From positions 5,670 through 69,669 of the forward strand of contig CALFHF010000203.1 in NCBI GenBank assembly GCA_937875855.1: DNA of 64,000 nucleotides, written 5' to 3'. This DNA comes from an uncultured Flavobacteriales bacterium. Lineage in GTDB: Bacteria; Bacteroidota; Bacteroidia; Flavobacteriales_D; JABDKJ01. Position 1 is the first letter of the stretch. Each line of letters begins with the position of its first letter. Positions 27,525 through 36,323 of this stretch are shown here, piece after piece. The position numbers were made by a program, and so were the translations under genes. The notes under the pieces are model-generated. The model made no database searches. It saw only the letters and a program-made list of their open reading frames with translations, and was not told where the DNA came from.

Positions 27525-29926
27525 TGCGCGCATCCTTATTGACCTTACCTCTTTTCTTGATTTTCTCCTCTAGCTATTTAGCACAGGACATTCCTATCTC
27601 TGACGGTGGCACTGTGACTGTAGATTGTGGCGGAAACATCGTAATCTTAACTGATGCTGGTGGTGCCGGAGCCTACGGCTCAGGAGAGTCTTACTCCATC
27701 ACTTTCTGTCCTGACGGAGGCAATGCTATCTCCTTTGTTATAGACACAGAGACTTCAGGTGATGAATTTGATATCAGACCAGGAGACTACCTCACCGTAT
27801 TTGATGGGCCTGATACTGGCTCCCCTATCCTAGGTGTTTTCAATAACAACCTTATGGACTCTCCAGTTATCTCAATATTCGCTACGCTGGACAATCCTGG
27901 TGGCTGTCTTACCTTCCTCTTCGAGTCTACTTCTACCAGTGCTGGCGGTGCTGGATGGACGAGTCAGATTAATTGCGGGAACTTCTGGCAGCCCTTCAGT
28001 ATGGAGTTCGAGAGTGCTCCTTCTGAGGTAGATGAACTTGGATACATTGATATCTGTCAAGGTGAAACTGTTACTATCACTGCTGACGGAGTCTTCCCTT
28101 ATTCTATAGGAACCGGTTACAATCAGACCAATGAAAACAGCTTTTTCGAATGGGACTTGGGCGATGGAACTGAGCTTTCAGGATACGGCCTGACTACAGT
28201 GACAAATACGTATGCGCTTCAATTTGGCTATCCTATAGAGCTAGTAGTTACTGATACCCTGGGCATGCAACAGCGTTTTGAGCTTGCCGTGAGAGTTTCT
28301 ACTACTCCTAATTTCACCGGGCTTATTGCACAATATCAAGAACAGATATGCCTTGGAAATTCTACTGTTTTAATAGGAGGTATAGCTCAGGATACGTCTC
28401 AGAGTTTCGGGGTGCTTCCAGTTCAGTCTTCTTTCATAGGTGGCGGATTCTTAGCCGGCCAGACTTTCCTTCCTGATGGTTCAGGTGCTTCATATGAAAC
28501 TGTAATCACCCTTGACGATTTCCCTATCGGATCTTCATTAGAAAATGCAGAGGATGTTATCGCCATATGCGCTACCATGGAACACTCTTACCTAGGTGAC
28601 TTAGATATCACCCTTACGTGTCCCAATGGAACTACCATTATTCTTCAAGACCAATCAGGTGGATCCTGTAATTTAGGGGAACCATGGGCCACTGGACCTG
28701 TCGATGGTCAAAGCTCAAATACAACTCCAGGTGTGGGCTATGAATACTGCTGGACGGCTGATGCTACTGGAACCATGGTAGAAGCTTGTGGTCAAAATAA
28801 CATGGCGTTCAATAATGGAAATGGTCCTGCAACGTATAACGATAGTTTCGTGCCTGCAGGTGACTACATCCCGTTCGACCCACTTTCAGATTTAATAGGA
28901 TGTCCTATCAATGGTGAATGGACTATTACAGTTACAGATAATCTTGGTGCTGATAACGGATATATCTTCTCTTGGGGAATACAGTTCGACCCCGCCATCG
29001 ACCCTACAATAGAGACCTACGTGCCTCTCCTTATTGAAGGTTTCTGGAATGATGCTCCATCAATCATCTCGAACAACGATACTATCATAGATGTTTCGCC
29101 TACCGAAATAGGCTTTTTCCAATATACGTTCAATGTCACGGACAACTTCGGCTGCACCTATGACACAACCATTGTATTGGAAGTTCTTCCCCCTGTTTCA
29201 GCTTCTGTCTTCCCCCCAGCATGTAATCTCAGCTTGGAGTATGTGGTGGAGAATCAATATGCTGGAGGAACCTGGTCATACACCTCAGACTATGACTCTC
29301 TATTCGTCATTGGAGTCGGTGGTAGCGATATCGATGTCTCAGCCCCCGGATTTTACATCCTAAGCTATTTTGACAACTTCTGCCAAACCACCATCGAGGC
29401 CGATGTGGAATTCCTCCCATTCCCTCTCGCGGATATCCTCCCTGATACCACAGAGCTGTGCAGCGGCCAAGAGGAATTCTTGACAACGACCGAGCAAATC
29501 AATGGACTTCAAGTGAATTATCAATGGACCTATGATTCCTTAGGCACGCAGTACTTCCTTGGTTCTGAAGCCACTCAGGCCGTCTATTTCGGTGGGGAAT
29601 ATGAGGTGCAAATCATCGATGTGCTGTGTAGCAATTTTGCTGCTGATGTCAGCTATGTGTTAGAAGAACCCTGTATTATTGAAACCTATAACGTATTTAC
29701 CCCCAATGGGGATGGAGAGAATGACTTCTTCTACATCCAAGCAATAGAGAAGTTCAAAAACCCTGTTGTGTACGTTTATAACCGCTGGGGCAATGTGGTC
29801 TTTGAAAAGAGCAATTACAGGAACGATTGGGACATGGCTGACATGAGTGAAGGCACTTATTTCTATGTCATCTTGAATCCTGCAAACTCAGAGAGTTTCA
29901 AGGGTTCGTTTACTCTTCTGAGATAA
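27524..29926 (+). CDS. large T9SS cargo protein: CUB-like, PKD-like and proprotein-convertase P-domain-like modules with a type B (gliding-motility CHU_C) C-terminal sorting domain
   Basis: Signal peptide. YSITFCPDGG...LTVFDGPDTGSPILGVF (CUB-like). FEWDLGDGT (PKD-like). MEHSYLGDLDITLTCPNGT...GEWTITVTDNLGADNGYIFSWGIQF (P-domain-like). C-terminal YNVFTPNGDGENDFF...GTYFYV (type B CTD). Confidence 0.85.
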   Translation: MRASLLTLPLFLIFSSSYLAQDIPISDGGTVTVDCGGNIVILTDAGGAGAYGSGESYSITFCPDGGNAISFVIDTETSGDEFDIRPGDYLTVFDGPDTGSPILGVFNNNLMDSPVISIFATLDNPGGCLTFLFESTSTSAGGAGWTSQINCGNFWQPFSMEFESAPSEVDELGYIDICQGETVTITADGVFPYSIGTGYNQTNENSFFEWDLGDGTELSGYGLTTVTNTYALQFGYPIELVVTDTLGMQQRFELAVRVSTTPNFTGLIAQYQEQICLGNSTVLIGGIAQDTSQSFGVLPVQSSFIGGGFLAGQTFLPDGSGASYETVITLDDFPIGSSLENAEDVIAICATMEHSYLGDLDITLTCPNGTTIILQDQSGGSCNLGEPWATGPVDGQSSNTTPGVGYEYCWTADATGTMVEACGQNNMAFNNGNGPATYNDSFVPAGDYIPFDPLSDLIGCPINGEWTITVTDNLGADNGYIFSWGIQFDPAIDPTIETYVPLLIEGFWNDAPSIISNNDTIIDVSPTEIGFFQYTFNVTDNFGCTYDTTIVLEVLPPVSASVFPPACNLSLEYVVENQYAGGTWSYTSDYDSLFVIGVGGSDIDVSAPGFYILSYFDNFCQTTIEADVEFLPFPLADILPDTTELCSGQEEFLTTTEQINGLQVNYQWTYDSLGTQYFLGSEATQAVYFGGEYEVQIIDVLCSNFAADVSYVLEEPCIIETYNVFTPNGDGENDFFYIQAIEKFKNPVVYVYNRWGNVVFEKSNYRNDWDMADMSEGTYFYVILNPANSESFKGSFTLLR

Positions 29927-30028
29927 GCTAGACCCCCTTTATCTCTTCTTTTAATGCTTCTTGTATAAGGTCCTGCAACCTTTCTATTCGCACATCGTAG
30001 AATTATATGGTCTTAATGATCATACTCG

Positions 30029-30586
30029 ATGTGTAAATACGTTTATATACTTAGCCTCCTATTCCTCTGCTCCTGTGCTGAAGCACCTCTAGTAGAGAAG
30101 GATACATCTAATCAAGAGACTCATGCAGCCTTGGCTTACACCTCTTTGGACCCCTACCATATAGATGGGAAGATTCATTTACCTGATGTAAGCAAGCGAG
30201 GTGTGCAACCTACCATGATATTTAATGACATCACAGGAATGCTCGATGTCAAAGTTGGACGGGGTTTCCATATCCAAATGAGAGAAGAACCTCAGGACCT
30301 TGAGTCCTTGAAGTCTGAATGGTCATTTGACCCTGTATGGACATACGCTGTGATCCAAGAAGACTCTGAACACATAGTGTATAGCAAACAGTTACCCGAT
30401 GGATCCATGCAACAGTTCCATTTTTTAGCCCTCATCCAAGATGCTGATCGATCCATGTTGATCAGATCTGCCTCCATGGAGGAATTCGACAAAGAACAAG
30501 CTGAGATGATGCTCGCATCCGCTCGCACTTTTACCTGGAATTCGGCCTTGGCCGTATCTAATCGAACTAACGCTATACCTCAGTAA
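30029..30586 (+). CDS. hypothetical lipoprotein
   Basis: 185 aa with lipobox LSLLFLCSC. No recognisable domain. The stop overlaps the next start (TAATG). Confidence 0.65.
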   Translation: MCKYVYILSLLFLCSCAEAPLVEKDTSNQETHAALAYTSLDPYHIDGKIHLPDVSKRGVQPTMIFNDITGMLDVKVGRGFHIQMREEPQDLESLKSEWSFDPVWTYAVIQEDSEHIVYSKQLPDGSMQQFHFLALIQDADRSMLIRSASMEEFDKEQAEMMLASARTFTWNSALAVSNRTNAIPQ

Positions 30587-31380
30587 TGAAGAGAATATTA
30601 ATCATATCAATAGTCAGCCTGCTCCTGATAACGGAAGCTCGAGCTGCATCTATCGTGATCGATGGTTTCTATCAAGGGAAAGACCTTTACGTCAAGAACC
30701 CTATAGGACCTGCAGGTGTCGGGTTCAGCGTATATGAAGTTATGGTCAATGGTGAGATTACCTCAGATGAGATTAACTCTAGCGCATTCATAATAGACCT
30801 TCATAGTTTGGACCTAGAAATAGGTGATAAAGTCACTGTTTCTATCTTATATCATGATGATAGTACCCCTAAAGTATTGAACCCTAATGCGGTTCTTCCT
30901 CAAAGTACCTTCGAGATCGTAGGCATGAACCTAGAGCTGAACGGTGTGCTTAAATGGACTACCAACAACGAGATAGGCGAACTTCCTTATAAAGTCCAAC
31001 AGTTCAAATGGAACAAGTGGATTACTATAGGTGAAGTGGCTGGGATGGGCCGTTTAAGCGGAAATTCATACAGCTTCCAAGCCGAATTACACTCAGGAAG
31101 GAACACTTTCAGAGTGGCACAATATACCTCTCAAGGGAAATTGAGATACTCAGAGAACGTTTATATGAACAGTGCTAAGACCATCAGCCTGATTACTGAA
31201 TTAAAGAAAGTGAATAGCGTGATTCTTTTCTCAGATAAGACCAGTTACGAGATCTTCGATGCCTATGGGCGTATCGTGAAACATGGCTATGATAGCACCA
31301 TAGAAGTGAAGAAACTTTCAAATGGACAGTATTACTTGAACTATGATAAGAGTTTCGGTAGTAGTTTCGATAAGAAATGA
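30586..31380 (+). CDS. hypothetical secreted protein, possibly with a T9SS type A-like C-terminal tail
   Basis: Signal peptide ISIVSLLLITEARA. The last ~70 aa (VILFSDKTSYEIFDAYGRIV...LSNGQYYLNY) loosely resemble a Por-type sorting domain. Confidence 0.6.
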   Translation: MKRILIISIVSLLLITEARAASIVIDGFYQGKDLYVKNPIGPAGVGFSVYEVMVNGEITSDEINSSAFIIDLHSLDLEIGDKVTVSILYHDDSTPKVLNPNAVLPQSTFEIVGMNLELNGVLKWTTNNEIGELPYKVQQFKWNKWITIGEVAGMGRLSGNSYSFQAELHSGRNTFRVAQYTSQGKLRYSENVYMNSAKTISLITELKKVNSVILFSDKTSYEIFDAYGRIVKHGYDSTIEVKKLSNGQYYLNYDKSFGSSFDKK

Positions 31381-31393
31381 ATTCCTTTGGGGC

Positions 31394-31819
31394 ATGGAAT
31401 CGCCCCACCTTCTTAAAATAGAACATATTGGTATTGCCGTGAAGGACCTTTCATCGGCTGAGGAAATTTATACTTCCTTGCTCGGGGTGGGTCCGTATAA
31501 GCGCGAAGCCGTTGAGCGTGAAGGAGTCATCACCTCTTTTTTCAAGACTGGGGTCAATAAAATTGAACTCCTCGAATCGACAAGAGAAGATGGTCCTATC
31601 TCAAAATTCATTGATAAAAAAGGAGAAGGCATTCATCACATCGCCTTTGAAGTTTACGACATCAAGGCCGAGATGAAAAGACTTGCTGATGAAGGCTTTC
31701 AGCTCCTTAGCGAAGAACCTAAGCGTGGTGCTGATGATAAATGGGTAGCCTTCATTCACCCTAAGGGAACTAAAGGAGTGCTCATAGAGCTTTGTCAAAG
31801 TATCTCAACTGAAAAGTGA
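31394..31819 (+). CDS. mce: methylmalonyl-CoA epimerase (VOC/glyoxalase fold)
   Basis: LLKIEHIGIAVKDL ... IELLE ... ISKFIDKKGEGIHHIAFEV, about 141 aa from ATG 31394. The upstream track extension overlaps the previous gene. Confidence 0.82.
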   Translation: MESPHLLKIEHIGIAVKDLSSAEEIYTSLLGVGPYKREAVEREGVITSFFKTGVNKIELLESTREDGPISKFIDKKGEGIHHIAFEVYDIKAEMKRLADEGFQLLSEEPKRGADDKWVAFIHPKGTKGVLIELCQSISTEK

Positions 31820-32431
31820 GCTGATCTCTATTCCTTTTTCAAGAAGATGTGCCTTAATTCCTGCTTTCTTAGCTCCTTCTATATGCTGAGCTGAATCATC
31901 AATGAAAAGCACTTCATTAGCATTTAGTCCTTGCTCTTTCAATACCCATTTAAAGGTGCTTGCTTCAGGCTTACGCTTCTTGATTCGGGAGGAATAGTAG
32001 ACCTCTACAAAACAGTCCTTGAATCGATCCAGTTGCCCTGCTGCTTCTAATTGAGTTTCGAAGTGCTTAATGTGAATCTCATTCGTATTACTAAGCAGAA
32101 TCAGACCTGTTTCCATACAAAGTGTTTCTAAGAACAACAATCTGCTTTCAGGAAGATCTAATAACATGGCATTCCAGCAGCTATCTATTTCTTCATCGCT
32201 CATTTCGAATCCCAAGTTTCTCAATTCGCTTCTAAAATCTGCCGGATTTATGGCTCCTGTTTCCAAGCGATCAAAAAGATCTGATTGCTGAGCTTGGGCA
32301 TAAAGAGTATCGAAATTTTTTCCTGCTTTCTCTTTGAAGGCCTTTGAAGTCAAGGAATAATCGATATTCAGAAGCACTCCACCTAAGTCAAGGAGGATGG
32401 CTTCATACTGGTTTTGATGATCTTTAAACAA
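31805..32431 (-). CDS. HAD-superfamily hydrolase (subfamily IA-like)
   Basis: Motif I-like ILLDLGGVLL, motif II LLSNTN and motif IV FIDDS. The 3' end overlaps the mce 3' end by 15 nt (convergent genes). Confidence 0.8.
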   Translation of the reverse strand: MFKDHQNQYEAILLDLGGVLLNIDYSLTSKAFKEKAGKNFDTLYAQAQQSDLFDRLETGAINPADFRSELRNLGFEMSDEEIDSCWNAMLLDLPESRLLFLETLCMETGLILLSNTNEIHIKHFETQLEAAGQLDRFKDCFVEVYYSSRIKKRKPEASTFKWVLKEQGLNANEVLFIDDSAQHIEGAKKAGIKAHLLEKGIEISSLFS

Positions 32432-32463
32432 AGGAATGGAATGAGATTATGGTGAATACAGGC

Positions 32464-32471
32464 CAAAAGTA
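32464..32471 (-). promoter_or_regulatory. -7 box candidate (TActTTTG, minus strand) for the HAD hydrolase gene
   Basis: Plus-strand caaaagta, 32 nt upstream of ATG 32431. Confidence 0.35.
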
Positions 32472-32479
32472 TAGATTTG
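32472..32479 (+). promoter_or_regulatory. -7 box candidate (TAgaTTTG) that could drive a long tRNA leader
   Basis: Exact TAnnTTTG directly abutting the minus-strand box (CAAAAGTA|TAGATTTG). About 155 nt upstream of the tRNA. Confidence 0.3.
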
Positions 32480-32534
32480 CAGCCCCTGAGGCCTAATTGC
32501 ACAAAAATGATTGTGCGAAATTCAGGGAATAAAT

Positions 32535-32602
32535 GGGCCTATAGCTTCCCGCTAACGAGCGGGATTTACGCTTCGCTCCAACACAGCTTCGCCATAGGCC
32601 CA
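32535..32602 (+). other. tRNA acceptor-stem-like hairpin element (not a tRNA) upstream of tRNA(CAT)
   Basis: GGGCCTATAGCT (32535-32546) is identical to tRNA positions 1-12. It pairs with ATAGGCCC (32594-32601), followed by an unpaired A. An internal perfect hairpin CCCGCT-aacg-AGCGGG lies at 32548-32563. No D, anticodon or T arms can be drawn. Confidence 0.45.
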
Positions 32603-32634
32603 GTGACAGTTGGAACGACAATAAGATTTTTTTC

Positions 32635-32708
32635 GGGCCTATAGCTCAGCTGGTTAGAGCACCTGACTCATAATCAGGGGGTCCCAGGTTCAAGCCCTGG
32701 TGGGCCCA
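32635..32708 (+). tRNA. tRNA with CAT anticodon (elongator Met or lysidine-modified Ile2; not an initiator)
   Basis: A cloverleaf can be drawn by hand: acceptor GGGCCTA/TGGGCCC, D arm GCTC-AGCTGGTTA-GAGC, anticodon arm CCTGA-CTCATAA-TCAGG, T arm CCAGG-TTCAAGC-CCTGG, discriminator A. G1-C72 is paired, so it is not tRNA-fMet. CCA is not encoded. Confidence 0.9.
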
Positions 32709-32716
32709 CCCCCAAG

Positions 32717-32752
32717 AAAAGCACCTTCGTTTAATCGGAGGTGCTTTTTTTC
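32717..32752 (+). terminator. intrinsic terminator after the tRNA
   Basis: aaaaGCACCTTCG-tttaat-CGGAGGTGC followed by T7. Confidence 0.8.
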
Positions 32753-32778
32753 TTTCTGCCCATTCCCTACCTTCATCT

Positions 32779-35455
32779 CGTGAAGGCACATCATCTCCTC
32801 AGCTTCCTGTTTCTATTTGCCTTCTCCATGGGATCGGCTCAGGACGTCTTACTTCCTAGAGATTTTGAAGAGGAGACCGTTACAGAGATTCTTAAAGTCA
32901 TTAAAAAGCATCATAATGCACGTCTGGCCTATGACGTCACGAGCTTAAGAAACATTGAGCGAAGCGTGACTATTCAAGGTGATGACCTAGAAGAAGACCT
33001 CAGGGTGTTACTTGAAGATACTGGATTCGAGTTCAAACTACTCAGAACCACCTACCTTATTATTCCCCGTCCAAAACCCAATGTGAGCGTTCAAAAAGTC
33101 CAAAAAAGGAACTTCGCTCTTCACGGCCGAGTGCGCGATTTGGTCACTGGCGAAGTGCTTCCTTTTGCTTCTTTGAGCATAGCAGGAACCAGCTTAGGCA
33201 CTACTACTCAGATGGACGGGAGCTTTCATCTGGGAGGTATTTCTGCCGATACCATGAACATATGCGCTTCATACTTGGGATACAGAGCGCTGTGTATGCA
33301 CCTGGGAACTCTTTCTGCTGACAAAGAAGTGCAGTTCTTTCTTGAACGGAATAACACCTTCCTACCTGCAGTTGAAATCAAAGGCGCTAAGGACAAAGGC
33401 ATTCGGCTCATGGAACATGGCCAACTCATGGAAATAGAGCCTTCCATGCTTAGCAGAATCACCGTGAACGGACAGCCTGATTTGTTTAAAGCTGTGCAAT
33501 TCCTGCCGGGAGTTTCCTCAGGTGATGGATTAGATGCCAGTCTTAATATTCGCGGAAGTGAGGATGATGAAAACCTCATCCTTTGGGATGGATTCAAGAT
33601 CTATCACCAGAATCATTTCTTCGGGGTTTTCAGCACTCTAAATCCCAATGCAATTCAGAACATTCAAGTGCATAAAGGTGCATATCCTAGTCGCTATGGA
33701 GGTAGATCAGGAGGTGTCCTAGAAGTCACGGGTAGAAATGCAGATTTTCAAAAAGCCAAAGTGCAAGTGGGACTAGATCTCATTGGTCATGATATTTCTG
33801 TGGAAAGTCCTTTGTCTAATTCTAGCTCCCTTCTCATTGATTTCAGAAGATCGCACAGTGATTATTCAGGCAGTCCACTTTTCAAAAATCTCCTAGATAG
33901 GGTATATCAGCAAAGCGTGGCCAAGGACCCTTCCTTCTCCTTGAACTTCAGTGATAATGATCCTAATTTCTATTACTATGACCTTCATCTTAAATTTCAT
34001 ACTGAACTGAGTAAAACGGATCAATTAAACATCAGTCTTTTCAATGGAAGAGACTTCTATTCCAACACTTCTCACAACCAATACTTTGCTCAAGATGGCA
34101 CTCCCAGTGAGTTGAATGATTACTTCTTTGACGACTCTAATTGGGGCAATACTGGAGCGGGAACTACCTGGAGTCACCGTATGAAAAAGGGCAGGTTTAT
34201 GCACTCCTCTTTAGGCTACTCTTCCTATCGAAGCTCCTATTTCTTCTCAGAGGAAGAACGTGATTTCTTGAACGGAAATCCATTGGCCCAGAAATTCTCT
34301 TCTACCCTGTTGCAAAATGATCTAGAAGACATCAGCTTCGAGCATAGACAGGTGTTTCCTGGAAATAAAGGAAGCACGGAACTAGGCTATTCCTTCAATT
34401 ATGTACAGCTGAACTACACGGAATCAGATCGACTTCTGGTCGAAGGCGTAAGCCTCCTGAATGACTCTACTGTGAGCACAAGCAATCACGCCATATACCT
34501 TGATAGGAAATTTCAATTCAATACTGCCTGGTTCTTGGATCTTGGGCTTCGCATGACTGCGAATACTTACGCGAATAGACTTTACGGGGAACCAAGAGCT
34601 CTCCTTTCTCATCGCTTGAGTGAGGCGCTTTCATGGCGAGTAGGTGGTGGAAATTATGTGCAGACGATAAGACGCAGCAGCAAGCAAAACCTGTTTTTAA
34701 GACAAGCGGATCAATGGGTCCTCAGCACTCGTGATCTCGTCCCTGAGTCACGCACATTTCAAGGGATTCTGGGCGTTAATTGGAAAAAAGGGCCCTGGCT
34801 GTTAGATGTAGAAGGATTCTACAAGAAGACCCGCGGAGCGCTCCTAAACCAGAATCAAATTCGTTTCGTCACTGCGTATTCTAACGGAAATCAAGGACTT
34901 GTCACAGGCAAATCTGAAGTTTTAGGGGTTGATGTCTTGCTCGCTTATCAGAAAAAAGGACACGATCTGTGGATTGCATATAGCTATACTGCCTCCTTTA
35001 ATTATTTCTCCACTATCAATGAAGGCAGAGCATTCAGTAGCGCATTCAATAAACCGAATGACCTGAAAATCATCTATGCCTATTCTTACCTTGATTACAT
35101 CTTCTCTACAGATTTGGTTTATTCCAGCGGGTATGCCTACACTCCTATCCTAGGTACGTTCCAGAATGACCTCACCGGACGGACTTTTATCATCTATGGG
35201 GACGATCTCTCGGCCCGTCTTCCTGATTTTTTCAGATGGGATCTCAGCGTTCAGCGTAAATTCTATGGCGAACGATGCGAATGGACTGTAGGCCTAGGAG
35301 TCTACAATCTGAGTAATCATAAAAATGTGCGCAGCCGTCAATATGCTGTTGATCAATTACGCCCAAATGAGTCTGAGGAGCTGACTATCAGTGCCATAGA
35401 TTTGGAACTAATGGGATTAACTCCTAACTTCATCCTGAAGTTCTCCTTTCAATGA
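32779..35455 (+). CDS. TonB-dependent receptor with an N-terminal STN signalling-type domain and a CarboxypepD_reg-like domain
   Basis: STN-like VTEILKVIKKHHNARLAYDV...LLEDTGFEFKLL. LHGRVRDLVTGEVLPFASLSIAGTSLGTTTQMDGSFHL. Plug (FLPGVSS...NIRGS) and a ~600 aa barrel. The track start GTG 32741 lies inside the tRNA terminator. GTG 32779 gives the signal peptide KAHHLLSFLFLFAFSMGSAQD. Confidence 0.85.
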
Positions 35456-36240
35456 CCTTGATTTCGAACAAGCTTTCTTTATTTTTAATGCTCTGCATAG
35501 CAGGGGCATTGATTTCTTGTGTCAAACAGGTTCCTGTTCCTGAGCAAGCTGAAAAGGTTCTGGTGGTCAATGGTTTTCTTGAAACCGGTCTTCCTGTTAA
35601 TCATATTCACTTAAGCGGATTAAATACTGGAGATGGCATTAATGGTGTTTCGGGTCTAGATGTTCATATTAGTGATGGTGAAACAACAGTTCAACTCCAA
35701 GAAAGAGCTGATGGTTCAGGATTCTATGATGGAGAAGATACTTTCATCATTCAGTATGGACGTAACTACTTCCTAGAATTCCTTTGGAATGGAAAAACAG
35801 TAACTGCCCAAACCAAATCAACCCCCTTGCTTCAAAACTTGAGTGTCTCCAAGCCTTATCTTGATATAGAGCAAGGCAATGACTTGATTTTCTTGGAATG
35901 GGAAGGGTTAAATCAAGGTAGTTTTAATGAGTATTTCTATCTGGTCACTATTCAGCCTCTGGCTAATGTGGATGACTTGGAATACATTAATAGAGCGTAT
36001 GGAGAGCAAAGCACTCCCAGAACTATAAGCCTAACCTATAACCCTGAATTAACCTTAGTAAATGATTTTTTCAACTACTATGGAGAGCATCTAATTCAAA
36101 TAAGAGCAATATCTAAGGAACACGAAGGGCTATTCAGAGCTCAGCTTGATTATTCTCAGAATGCCCCCGGAAATATCATGGGTGCGGCTGGGTTCTTTGT
36201 GGGAACTAGCTTTCTTAGCACAGTGATTGATATTCGCTGA
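35452..36240 (+). CDS. lipoprotein partner of the receptor (DUF4249-like, by size and context)
   Basis: ATGA overlap with the receptor gene. Lipobox MLCIAGALISC. The family assignment comes from the typical Bacteroidota receptor plus DUF4249 pairing, not from a search. Confidence 0.55.
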   Translation: MTLISNKLSLFLMLCIAGALISCVKQVPVPEQAEKVLVVNGFLETGLPVNHIHLSGLNTGDGINGVSGLDVHISDGETTVQLQERADGSGFYDGEDTFIIQYGRNYFLEFLWNGKTVTAQTKSTPLLQNLSVSKPYLDIEQGNDLIFLEWEGLNQGSFNEYFYLVTIQPLANVDDLEYINRAYGEQSTPRTISLTYNPELTLVNDFFNYYGEHLIQIRAISKEHEGLFRAQLDYSQNAPGNIMGAAGFFVGTSFLSTVIDIR

Positions 36241-36323
36241 CTCCATTCTTTTCAATTTTTATTTTCACTTCTGGTAGGGTATGCCCTTTTATGCGTGTAT
36301 CTATTTTGTAAACGCAGAAGAAA

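Noticed and set aside
32535-32602. Acceptor-stem-like element, considered as a tRNA gene or decayed tRNA pseudogene
   Set aside because: Only the first 12 nt and the 3' acceptor strand resemble the neighbouring tRNA. The 48 internal nt show no similarity to it and cannot form D, anticodon or T arms. It is kept as a finding but not called a tRNA.
32741-32778. GTG 32741 as the start of the TonB-dependent receptor
   Set aside because: It lies inside the tRNA terminator stem and T-run. GTG 32779 yields a normal signal peptide.
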